Source: Barthelona sp. PCE
Lineage: Eukaryota
NCBI GenBank assembly: GCA_040285745.1
Contig: JAUFOR010000008.1
Span: 682,001 to 746,000, forward strand
Direction of reading: 5' to 3'
Length of the DNA: 64,000 nt
Below are positions 10,111-19,006 of this stretch, in pieces (the first letter of the stretch is position 1; each line of letters begins with the position of its first letter). A program made the position numbers and the translations under genes. The notes under the pieces were generated by a model, which was not told the DNA's origin, did not search any database, and saw only the letters and a list, made by a program, of their open reading frames with translations.

Positions 10111-11505
10111 TCAAACTTGTGGTTTTGAAAGCTGAAACAGATGCTCGATCTGCTGACGTAGCTCAGCATATGAAGCGCTGATGACCTGTCTCTCATCTGG
10201 ACTTACCAATAGAATGCGTTGGGGAACACCAAAGTCAAGTTTGTTCAGGTTTTGGTATATCCACCCAAACGTGCTTGCTGGCTTTCCAGATTCGGTGGAC
10301 TGCCCGAACACAAAGTACAGGAATAGAGATATGGGTAAACGGTCGTGTTTAAGGATGTTCGGGGAGTGCATTACAACATTGATCATGGTAAGTAAGCGAT
10401 ACAGTCGATCATATACGTATAGTTGACGGCTTGTCTGTTTGAAATCGTCGCATTCCTGTGTGATGCTGCAGAAAATCGTTGGGAAAAACGGAAAAAACAG
10501 TTGAAGCGTGCGCTCGATACGCTGCGAAGAGCTCAAAGAATCGTCGGTCAGGGGCTGTAATCCAGCAACAAACTCGTGCAGCCCTGGCTTTCCTGTTCCT
10601 GTTGCAGACGAAACAGGATAGCCGTAGATCAAAGACAGAAGAATGTGATACATTGCCAAGCAATCGCGATGCTGCAATTCATCGAGTTCTTCATCTGATA
10701 TGACGTCCATGATTCCAGCAGCTGTGATGACTGCCCTGTTTGTAGGGTGGTACATTAATACCTTCGTTAGATCCAGACTATCAAATGCGCTCTTTGCACT
10801 GTGCACTTTTGAGACTGCGCTAAGTAAAGATACTGCAAAGATGGCAAATGGTTCTATGTTTGTGGTGTCATCAAGTTTTGAAAGTGCTGGCATTGCGCTA
10901 GGAATAAATTCATGTACAAAAAACAGAGATGTATTTTGATCGCCTGGAAAAACATCGACAAAAACATCCAAAATAGGTGCTACTCCGCCTACAGTGCGTG
11001 ATAACCTGTGCCACTTGGCAATTTGATCGTAATCTAAATCTTTTGAAGGACGATAATTTCTAAAAATCCTAATAACAACATACATGTAAGATTTCGTCTC
11101 AATTGCAATGTAAGTATCTGTGTTATACCCGAATAAGCCTCCAAATTGTGCCCTATCCATGTCACTGTAACCATCAGATCGAGAGTCCATCAAAACCCAA
11201 TTAATGAATTTCGAATCGTTAATACGCCCAAGATCTGGGTTAGCGGCTCGCGACGAAAACATGTTAACGATTTGATATTGCTCTATTATAATGGATTGAA
11301 CCAACGGAGATGGTCCGACATTTGTGTTAATATTTTGTCTAGATTCAGCTGGTTTCTTTGCCGGAGGCTGTTGTTTCGGTGCTGATGTCTTTGCTTTGTT
11401 GGGATAAAATGGAGCTGATACACTTTTAGTTGAAGCTGTTGGGATGAAAGGCCTTACTGATTGATTTCGACGTGGTTTCCCGCCAATTTGCTGCTTTATA
11501 CCCAT
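10111..11505 (-). CDS. PAN3: PAN2-PAN3 deadenylase subunit PAN3 (pseudokinase plus C-terminal knob)
   Basis: Kinase-like central region without catalytic motifs. The C-terminus DRLYRLLTMIN...FVFGQ...GKP...LNKLDFG...ILLVSPDE...SYAELR matches the PAN3 knob. FxP motifs (RPFIP, APFYP) in the N-terminus resemble PAM2. Confidence 0.85.
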   Translation of the reverse strand: MGIKQQIGGKPRRNQSVRPFIPTASTKSVSAPFYPNKAKTSAPKQQPPAKKPAESRQNINTNVGPSPLVQSIIIEQYQIVNMFSSRAANPDLGRINDSKFINWVLMDSRSDGYSDMDRAQFGGLFGYNTDTYIAIETKSYMYVVIRIFRNYRPSKDLDYDQIAKWHRLSRTVGGVAPILDVFVDVFPGDQNTSLFFVHEFIPSAMPALSKLDDTTNIEPFAIFAVSLLSAVSKVHSAKSAFDSLDLTKVLMYHPTNRAVITAAGIMDVISDEELDELQHRDCLAMYHILLSLIYGYPVSSATGTGKPGLHEFVAGLQPLTDDSLSSSQRIERTLQLFFPFFPTIFCSITQECDDFKQTSRQLYVYDRLYRLLTMINVVMHSPNILKHDRLPISLFLYFVFGQSTESGKPASTFGWIYQNLNKLDFGVPQRILLVSPDERQVISASYAELRQQIEHLFQLSKPQV

Positions 11506-11584
11506 GCAATGAGTTATTCAAGTACTAAACCAAAAGAGAAGGTGTATTTACATATAACACCTCCGTCAAAGCAATGTTTTAGTA

Positions 11585-12748
11585 ATGTCTGTTGTTTCTG
11601 TACAAATAGGGCAGTATGGTAACCAATTGGGCTCATTATTTCTCCAAAATCACTTTTGCAATGAAAATACAGAGAATTCTATATATTTTCGCAAAACAAA
11701 GGCAGGTAAATGGGTATCACGCGGGATACTTCTTGACACGGAACCCAAACCTATTGAAACCGCCGTTAAAGTGGCTAGAAAAACAGGGTTCAATTATCCT
11801 GCTATAGTGCGACGTTTTGGAGGATCTTCAAACAATTGGGCATTGGGTTACAACTGTGATGCAGAGTTTTTACATGATACGATTGATGTACTGCGTAAGC
11901 AATGTGAGAAATGTAATTCGATAGAAAGTCTTTTATTTTTCGCTTCTTTAGCTGGAGGCACAGGATCTGGATTGGGGTCGCACCTTGTTGAGGAGATATG
12001 CGATATATGGACGTGTCCAATTGTGGTTCAATCAATCTTACCTTTTGCAAGTGGCGAAATTGCAACACAGTCGTTAAACACAATATTAACGTTCAATAGT
12101 CTCTTTGAGTGCGCTGATGCAGTTATATTGGCAGATAATGGTCTGGCATCCGATTTGGCAAGGAGAATACATAGAGTTGAACTTCCAACTTACTCTGATT
12201 TAAATACTGTCATTTGTTCTGGTATAAACAGATCCCTTGCATTAAGAAGGAGCACATCATCACTTATCCAATGTACAACGCATGCCCATAAGTTTTTTCA
12301 CGAATTTCATGTACCTCATCTGGCACAAAAAGCTTTGCAATTTGATTCCTCAACGTGGAACGGCCTATCCAGCCAGGTTGAGCGCATGGTTGTCAGTGGA
12401 ACAAAAAATCCGTTCGTTATACCAAGGAATTATGACCAGGTTAGTGTTTTTGGAAATTTTTGTGTTGGATATGGTCAAGGGTCAGAAAATATCGGTGAAA
12501 CGCTGAAAGGGATCCACAATACACGGTCCATTATGTCAGAATATTCGTGGGGAACTGAAAAAAGTATATCTTGTTGCTCATCTTCATCATCCACACTTAT
12601 CCCGCTGAAAAGACAGTTAGACGTTGCAGAGAGCATGTTCTTGAACAGCGCTTACCTTCATCATTATTATTCGCACGGTTTGTGTGAAGAAATATTTAAT
12701 TCAGCTTTTTGTAATATTGAATATCTGTTGGGTCTGTATGACCTGTAA
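11585..12748 (+). CDS. TUBD1: delta-tubulin (divergent)
   Basis: MSVVSVQIGQYGNQLG, DTEPK, NNWALGY, LAGGTGSGLG signature and C-terminal AYLHHY..HGL. The MSVV start, GEIATQ and the absence of an acidic tail favour delta over alpha/beta/gamma. Confidence 0.8.
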   Translation: MSVVSVQIGQYGNQLGSLFLQNHFCNENTENSIYFRKTKAGKWVSRGILLDTEPKPIETAVKVARKTGFNYPAIVRRFGGSSNNWALGYNCDAEFLHDTIDVLRKQCEKCNSIESLLFFASLAGGTGSGLGSHLVEEICDIWTCPIVVQSILPFASGEIATQSLNTILTFNSLFECADAVILADNGLASDLARRIHRVELPTYSDLNTVICSGINRSLALRRSTSSLIQCTTHAHKFFHEFHVPHLAQKALQFDSSTWNGLSSQVERMVVSGTKNPFVIPRNYDQVSVFGNFCVGYGQGSENIGETLKGIHNTRSIMSEYSWGTEKSISCCSSSSSTLIPLKRQLDVAESMFLNSAYLHHYYSHGLCEEIFNSAFCNIEYLLGLYDL

Positions 12749-12801
12749 TAAAACTTGTGAGTTTGAACAATATTTTGATAAATTGTTTCAACACATTCAT
12801 T

Positions 12802-12809
12802 CCTTTTCA
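12802..12809 (+). promoter_or_regulatory. CCTTTTCA candidate core-promoter/initiator element
   Basis: 10 nt upstream of SCAMP ATG 12820. Confidence 0.6.
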
Positions 12810-12819
12810 TACTGTTATT

Positions 12820-13429
12820 ATGTCAACAGAACAAAAAATAACCTGGACACACTATAATTATCCCCCTGTACTAAGGCTTGTGCATCTGAATATTAATGAA
12901 CTGCCTTCTAATCGTATTTTACCTGCACGTTTAGCTCATTGGTCGTTTATTATGATGGTTATTGGGTTTGTCTTCAACAGTATGTATTTCTTTGCACATG
13001 TAGAGCGACTTATATTTAGCATTGTACAGCTTCTCATTTGTTTTTGACGATGTATCTGTTTGGAAGCCATTTTTTTACAGTCTCTTCACAGGATTAGTGT
13101 ACAGCATGATCGGGGGCTTTGCATTTTATCAGTGTTATCGTTGTTTGGCAATCAACTCTCCTTCAACAACAAAGCTATATATAATCACTGAGGCTATTGT
13201 TAAGGTCATGGTGTTCTATATTTTCATCACTTGTAGTAACAGCTCACATGGTGTTATGTGTTTAGCCAATGATTTAACAATTTTTGGTTATATTTTCACA
13301 ATTATTGAGAGTTTATGTTATTTATCATCCATTGCTTTGAGTGTCTTTGCCTTTTACAAAATTTATCATGCTATTTTTTCCGCAGCTGCTCGTTTAAAGT
13401 CCATTCGTAATCGTACTAGTCGTAAATAG
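12820..13429 (+). CDS. SCAMP-family four-TM membrane trafficking protein; exons 12820-12979 and 13020-13429
   Basis: NYPP..RLVH..I.E.P motif in exon 1, CYRCLA E-peptide-like segment and about four hydrophobic helices. The two ORF-track frames join cleanly after removal of a 40-nt GT-AG intron. Confidence 0.7.
12980..13019 (+). other. spliceosomal intron, 40 nt, phase 1
   Basis: GTATGT...TATTTAG. Removal gives AAC A|CA TTG TAC, restoring one continuous frame. Confidence 0.8.
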
Positions 13430-14182
13430 ATTATTCTCTTTGTTTAATTGTATGTTTAAAAGATCTTTCATGTAAATCACATCATTTTGAGGTAATTCCG
13501 GTCCATAGACAACGGCCATTGCATATGAATGATTTTCAATACTAATCACATCGATTATACATTGTAACGGAACATCACAATCATCACACATACACGCCAC
13601 TCTCACGGGTCCACCTACACACTTTGAAATTGATGAATAGTCGAATTGTAGCCGTCCTACATCAAAAGTAAGCCCCAGTCCCATACACTTGGTAACGGCC
13701 TCTTTTAGAGAAAACAGATGATGAAAGTAACGTAACGCTTCCGATGAGTTGTCCTCTGCTGTTGATTCAAGAAAATAATAGTCAGAATCATTGAGTACAC
13801 CAACGCTATGAAAGTCATTGAAGAACTGCAAGATTGAATCACTTCCATAAGCATGTATGTGTGAGAGATCTATGCCAACGCGTTGCTTTTCATTCGAAAT
13901 AAACGCTAAAAGATGATATGAGTGAGATAAGTTGAAATTCATTGACAAATCTTCATAAAAAGGCATTCTTAAAGCAGTCCTCCTAACTACGCTCCCCGGG
14001 GATCGGTTTTTAATCATAAATCGTGAGAGAAAATACAATTTACGATCCCTTTCAAAATAAAACTCATTGTGCTGCTTAATTTCTTCTTCACTACAAACCA
14101 TAACTAATCTGTCCCTCGTGTACCCATCGGATACTGCGCTAATGGGGATTAAATACACAATATCATGATGAAAAGGTTTCAT
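13394..14182 (-). CDS. 4'-phosphopantetheinyl transferase, Sfp/AASDHPPT type
   Basis: FNLSHS, RVGIDL and FSLKEAVTKCMGLGL motifs; 262 aa fits the monomeric Sfp-type size. Confidence 0.9.
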   Translation of the reverse strand: MKPFHHDIVYLIPISAVSDGYTRDRLVMVCSEEEIKQHNEFYFERDRKLYFLSRFMIKNRSPGSVVRRTALRMPFYEDLSMNFNLSHSYHLLAFISNEKQRVGIDLSHIHAYGSDSILQFFNDFHSVGVLNDSDYYFLESTAEDNSSEALRYFHHLFSLKEAVTKCMGLGLTFDVGRLQFDYSSISKCVGGPVRVACMCDDCDVPLQCIIDVISIENHSYAMAVVYGPELPQNDVIYMKDLLNIQLNKENNLFTTSTITNGL

Positions 14183-14196
14183 ATAACATTTACACC

Positions 14197-15327
14197 CTAT
14201 GATTGAAGTCTCATTAAAGAAATTGCACTTCCAACCTCAGAAAATTCTTCTTTTGTGATCCATAGCGCTTTAAACACATCAATTCCTGCTACAATAGCTC
14301 CACCCAACCAACTAGCAACAGCTCGTTCATCAGTACTAGCGTATTGTATTTTTGATCTACCAAACTCCTTCACACACTTCTCTACTCGCTTTACGGCATG
14401 TTTCGTTGCAGAAAGACCACCGCAAATCACAAAATCACTCATCAACTGACCACGTGCTTGAGGTGCTACCGATGTTATACATTGCTGATAGCAATCATTA
14501 AATGATGATGGAATTGTTGTTGCCAGCTCTAGATCACTCAATATAGATGGTTGGAACAGTGATTCCGTGACCAAATAGCTTGGTACCAACAAATCAGATC
14601 CGTCCGGTAACTTCATAGATGTTGTTCTCAGAAGATCTTCCTTTGCGGCCGTGTACTGAAGGAAACTTGAGTTATCTTTCCTGATTTGATCCAGATATCT
14701 ATCAAACGAAAAACTGAGGTACGAAGATGATGCATCAGCCGGTCTATCAATGTTGAGATCATCAACCAGTAATGAGTGCAATACTCTGTTCATGTACTTG
14801 CCACCTACAGGTGTGAATGTACAAGATGAGTGCAAACAAGTACCGGACTTGACAGGCGAGAAACGAACACCACTGTAACCCATATCAATAACTGTAGCGC
14901 TCTGTTTACCAGCAGAAAACGCCGACAGGACTGACTGATTCATGAAATACAGCGCAGGGAAATCAAACCTTTCAAATAAGCCTTGAATCGCTGCACCAAT
15001 GTTATCACTAAATTGTTTGAAGAGCGATACATCTGTTGGGTTGGGGAAGCTAAAAAGCATCACTGTATCCATTGTGTCTAAGTGTGTAGTTTCAAACAAA
15101 TTTTCTACTTGCAATAGAAAGTTATCAATGTCCAACATTCCCGTTTCGTTTGACACCATGTCCGATATGAAGCCCTGCTTTCCCTTATAAAGTGAACTAC
15201 CGAAGTAGGTGCGATCTTCGAATGACCCCACAACGCTTTCTGTAGTAATCGCTGGTCGATCTGCGTTAGCGTATCCAAAATGCGTGTTAAAGCTGCCAAC
15301 ATCAAGTACAGCTACCGGAATTGACAT
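14197..15327 (-). CDS. nuclear actin-related protein, Arp4/ACTL6-like
   Basis: VLDVGS...FGYA...P, VLSAFSAGKQSATVIDMG, SWLGGAI and LWITKEEF actin-fold motifs. The GYA and VLSAF..G patterns suit Arp4. Confidence 0.75.
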   Translation of the reverse strand: MSIPVAVLDVGSFNTHFGYANADRPAITTESVVGSFEDRTYFGSSLYKGKQGFISDMVSNETGMLDIDNFLLQVENLFETTHLDTMDTVMLFSFPNPTDVSLFKQFSDNIGAAIQGLFERFDFPALYFMNQSVLSAFSAGKQSATVIDMGYSGVRFSPVKSGTCLHSSCTFTPVGGKYMNRVLHSLLVDDLNIDRPADASSSYLSFSFDRYLDQIRKDNSSFLQYTAAKEDLLRTTSMKLPDGSDLLVPSYLVTESLFQPSILSDLELATTIPSSFNDCYQQCITSVAPQARGQLMSDFVICGGLSATKHAVKRVEKCVKEFGRSKIQYASTDERAVASWLGGAIVAGIDVFKALWITKEEFSEVGSAISLMRLQS

Positions 15328-15587
15328 GCTATATTGTGTAGAAAGTAAAAATGCGCTTTACAGATGGTAGCCTATTTGTTATGGTTTCCTCGGTGTTGCA
15401 CCTACATTATATTTACATTTTACAAATTTTTACAAAGAATAATCTGCAGAATGGTAAAAAAAATTCTTTGCAGGGTTTTCTAAGAAAGCTTACGCTCTAT
15501 CTGTCAAATGTATCCACGTAAAGCACACATTTGATGCTATTGGGTTGCAAATGCAGATAATGAATTATCTTATTGCTTTATTTTCTT

Positions 15588-15596
15588 CCTTTTTCA
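15588..15596 (+). promoter_or_regulatory. CCTTTTTCA variant of the candidate initiator element
   Basis: 6 nt upstream of MFS ATG 15603. It could alternatively be a splice acceptor (TTTTCAG). Confidence 0.5.
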
Positions 15597-15602
15597 GAAC
15601 CT

Positions 15603-17339
15603 ATGTGGCTAACGGTACTCCTCACATCACCACTAACGGTTTCAACGATAATGTGGTTCACATTTCCTGGAATATTTGCAGAAAGTTTCAAAACATATTT
15701 TAATGTCAATCAGGTGTATATAGGTTGGTTATATACTCTCTACAGTGTGGGATCCATAGTACTGGGGTTGATTGGAGGGTTTTTGGCAGATAAATTAGGT
15801 TTAAAACGAATGTTGCTTTACTCACAAACGGTCATCTTTTTAAGCATAGTATTAGGTTCCTTGACAAGGAATAGCACGCTATTCTTCATTACACGAATTT
15901 TTTTCGGTGCAGGTGAACTTTCCTTAATTTTACAACCGAAGATAGTACGTCATTGGGTATGGGATACAAAAAAGCACCCTCTCATTTTTTCCATCAACCA
16001 CAGCTTTCTATACCTATCAGAATTGGGTAACGCAGCGCTTCTGTTTGTTGGACTCCCCGATGCGTTTTATGTATATCTAGTGGTAGCCATAGTTATATAT
16101 GGTTTGTCATTGTACGTGTATCATGTGTATGAAAAGAACCGATGCATCAGTAACACACATAAACCGGCTCAGGACGTGTTGGAGTCCAGAACTGCAGCAA
16201 TGGAATTTCAGCTCCACTCAGAAAAAAGCGCCTTAACTAGTTTTAACAGTTCTCCTGTATTCAACGATGACTTAAACTTCAACACAGATGAACTTAACGT
16301 AAACGATGACTTCAATTTTGGTTCTGAAGTGATGGACAACGAGTTTCTTGGTTATAACAGCGGTTTAAGTGCTATGAACGCAATCGAATCGAATGCAATG
16401 TGCATGCTTGATGACATTGATATCAGCACACTTGAAGGTGAAGATTCGACTATAGAGGAGGCACTACCGTCTGATGAATTCGCTCTAAATGAAAAAACAC
16501 ACAGTATAGGACAGTTTTCCACCTTTGGAGTAGATTCCACAGTCATCAACAATCTAGACAGCAAGGTTAATGTGCATGTCGATACACATAATTTTGTAGT
16601 GTCTACTGCTCTATTTGCCTCAGCTGATCCTGAAGATACTAGCTACAAAAATTTCAACAGTGTCTTTTACTTGCTTCTACTTGCTCGAATTTGTCTTGTA
16701 GGCAGCTTCTTACAGCTGACATCTGTCATAGTGCCAGTTATGATTGGTAAGTTTGATATTGCTGAGACAACTGCAGGTAGCGCCTACGCTGTTGCTGAAT
16801 TTGTAATGTTGATAATGTCAGTTGTATGGGGTGCTGTCGCTACCTGGAGTGGGAAAATTATTTTGATTGTTTTGATTGGTACTGTAGGAATGCTAATTGG
16901 TTTGGCTGCTTTCTTCTTAACAACCAATTATTATCTGATTTGTTTTTTGATTGCGTTCTTTCACAGTATGATACCATCAAATTTATTAGGATTCGTAACA
17001 CAGGTAGTCAGACATGAACAATTAGGTTTTGGTGTTGGTCTGAACTATTCCTTGCAGTTTATATTTGTTCTAATATTTGCTCCTATTCTGAGTCTTATGA
17101 TTGATAATCACCAATATGATCACGTCATCTGGGCATTATTTATACCACACTTGATAGGGTTTATTGTAGTTGCTCTTGCTTTAAAGATTCACAGGAAAAA
17201 TCTGAAAAATAGGGTATGCGAATCTATATTTATGAGCGAAACAGATAGCATGACATCATCACAAGGATCACATCCAATTTCAACAGAATTATCTGAAATT
17301 ATTGAAAATAGCGGAGTTGTACTTTCTGAAGTTGATTAA
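15603..17339 (+). CDS. major facilitator superfamily transporter (MFSD1-like) with a long acidic central loop
   Basis: MFS motif A GGFLADKLGLKR, RIFFGAGE, and two bundles of about six TM helices. First ATG is at 15603. Confidence 0.85.
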   Translation: MWLTVLLTSPLTVSTIMWFTFPGIFAESFKTYFNVNQVYIGWLYTLYSVGSIVLGLIGGFLADKLGLKRMLLYSQTVIFLSIVLGSLTRNSTLFFITRIFFGAGELSLILQPKIVRHWVWDTKKHPLIFSINHSFLYLSELGNAALLFVGLPDAFYVYLVVAIVIYGLSLYVYHVYEKNRCISNTHKPAQDVLESRTAAMEFQLHSEKSALTSFNSSPVFNDDLNFNTDELNVNDDFNFGSEVMDNEFLGYNSGLSAMNAIESNAMCMLDDIDISTLEGEDSTIEEALPSDEFALNEKTHSIGQFSTFGVDSTVINNLDSKVNVHVDTHNFVVSTALFASADPEDTSYKNFNSVFYLLLLARICLVGSFLQLTSVIVPVMIGKFDIAETTAGSAYAVAEFVMLIMSVVWGAVATWSGKIILIVLIGTVGMLIGLAAFFLTTNYYLICFLIAFFHSMIPSNLLGFVTQVVRHEQLGFGVGLNYSLQFIFVLIFAPILSLMIDNHQYDHVIWALFIPHLIGFIVVALALKIHRKNLKNRVCESIFMSETDSMTSSQGSHPISTELSEIIENSGVVLSEVD

Positions 17340-17354
17340 AAGTGTAAATAATCA

Positions 17355-18608
17355 CTAGTACTCCAGGAATAAACGTGCATGAACTTCGTCTTCGAAACTA
17401 AGTTTCAAAGGCACTTGAATAACGCTGTTAAATCCTTCTTTTCTTGTTGGCATCTCCATCGCATTCGATTGCTTGATAATGACAAACGTTGGTACAGCAT
17501 TATATTTATCACCCAATCTTCCAAAAGACTGCAACTTCTTACGCATACGATTCAAATGTAGTGACATACCCTGAGCCACGGACATTCTCAAACCAACAAC
17601 GGGTACTCCCAATCGTTTGGCTAGGTTGATCCATTGCGATCTCGATGCAATATCAACATTCGTATTGTCAATAACTGCGCTCTTTCCACACATGAGCACT
17701 GACTCAGCTTGTTCCTCACATTTTTCCATCGATCCTAGTATGTCACGAGAGACTCGTACAACGCCCTTCTCCTCAAGATACTCACATACAGTCGATTTTC
17801 CACTCGCGGCAACTGCAATCATGACAAACAGAGTTGGGTTACTCTCAAAATCAGGTAAAGGAAGAGCATTCATACCTTCAAATACGTCCGAAGCCTGTAA
17901 CGCCAGAGATGGATTAAATGTTGGCTCTGCGATGACACGATCATCATGGCGGCCCCAGTACTGCTCTGGTGTATAAAACTCGAGCTTTGCATTAAGTGCG
18001 AATAACAAGTCGGTAATTGCATGATCTTTTTTCTTTCCCTTTGCTGCAGATCTTCCAGCAGCATCACCCACGTAAAAACTTCCAGGGTCAGCCATCAATA
18101 CTGCTTCATCTGCAAACAATGAGTCATCCAATTCCAATGACATATGACGACGTGATGGAGCGCTTTCACCCAATGCTGAAAAGTTTTTCATATACAAATA
18201 ATGCATTCCGGGTCCGGATTTGCGGTAGTAACAATCTTCCAAGGCGAAAAATCCAATGAATGGTGGAAAAAACGAACTGACAAACCTAATCTTTTTCTTT
18301 AAGAAGTCCAGAGTAGTTCTACCAGTGCTGACACCCCTTTGGTTACTGTATATAACAATGGTGTACCCATCAGCCACAAGCCTTTGAAGTTTGCTTGAAG
18401 AACCGATAAACTCATGATCTTCAGGTCGCTTAGCGAATGCTGATTTTCCAAGAGCACTGATAAGGGTGTCGTCGAGATCAAATGCTGCTATCTTGGTTGA
18501 TAATACTGCTCCCGGTGAATAATAGCATAAAACTGTGTTATCTTCATTTAGCATAAATTTACCCCTAGGACGCTTGGATCCTCCGAAATTAAGTTGCATT
18601 TGTCTCAT
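17355..18608 (-). CDS. PNKP: bifunctional polynucleotide 3'-phosphatase / 5'-kinase without FHA domain
   Basis: HAD motifs KIAAFDLDDTLI, SNQRGV, YRK..PGM and FYVGDAAGR; kinase P-loop ASGKST, SRDILGS and VIDNTN. Confidence 0.93.
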   Translation of the reverse strand: MRQMQLNFGGSKRPRGKFMLNEDNTVLCYYSPGAVLSTKIAAFDLDDTLISALGKSAFAKRPEDHEFIGSSSKLQRLVADGYTIVIYSNQRGVSTGRTTLDFLKKKIRFVSSFFPPFIGFFALEDCYYRKSGPGMHYLYMKNFSALGESAPSRRHMSLELDDSLFADEAVLMADPGSFYVGDAAGRSAAKGKKKDHAITDLLFALNAKLEFYTPEQYWGRHDDRVIAEPTFNPSLALQASDVFEGMNALPLPDFESNPTLFVMIAVAASGKSTVCEYLEEKGVVRVSRDILGSMEKCEEQAESVLMCGKSAVIDNTNVDIASRSQWINLAKRLGVPVVGLRMSVAQGMSLHLNRMRKKLQSFGRLGDKYNAVPTFVIIKQSNAMEMPTRKEGFNSVIQVPLKLSFEDEVHARLFLEY

Positions 18609-19006
18609 TGAATGTGATAGGGTGCTTGGTCAAAAACTGTAAAGTAGGAAGAAGTTGTGATTACAACAATTGATGCTGTAACTGTTGAATTTATCACATA
18701 AACACAATTGTTGGGTTAAATAGCATAGCTGATTAGCAATGCAAAAGAAGTGAAGTATGCAGAACATATCCCCTGATCTGCAACAAGTAAAATTTTAGAA
18801 CGCTACCTCTACTTATTTAATCATCAGTCCATCTTTTTCAGAGAGTAAGTCATGCTTCACACCAAAGTAACATGAAAGTAAAGGGAACAACTTTTTAACA
18901 CTCCTTCGTTTCATACTAGTGTATAAACTTAGAACAAACACATATAATTAATGTACTTACTCCTTTACAGACAACGACAAAGTGTATAAACCCTGTTATT
19001 CAATTA

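Noticed and set aside
14169-14176. CCTTTTCA just inside the PPTase CDS (also at 22062 within another CDS)
   Set aside because: Coding-region copies are not counted as promoter elements. They show the motif also occurs by chance.
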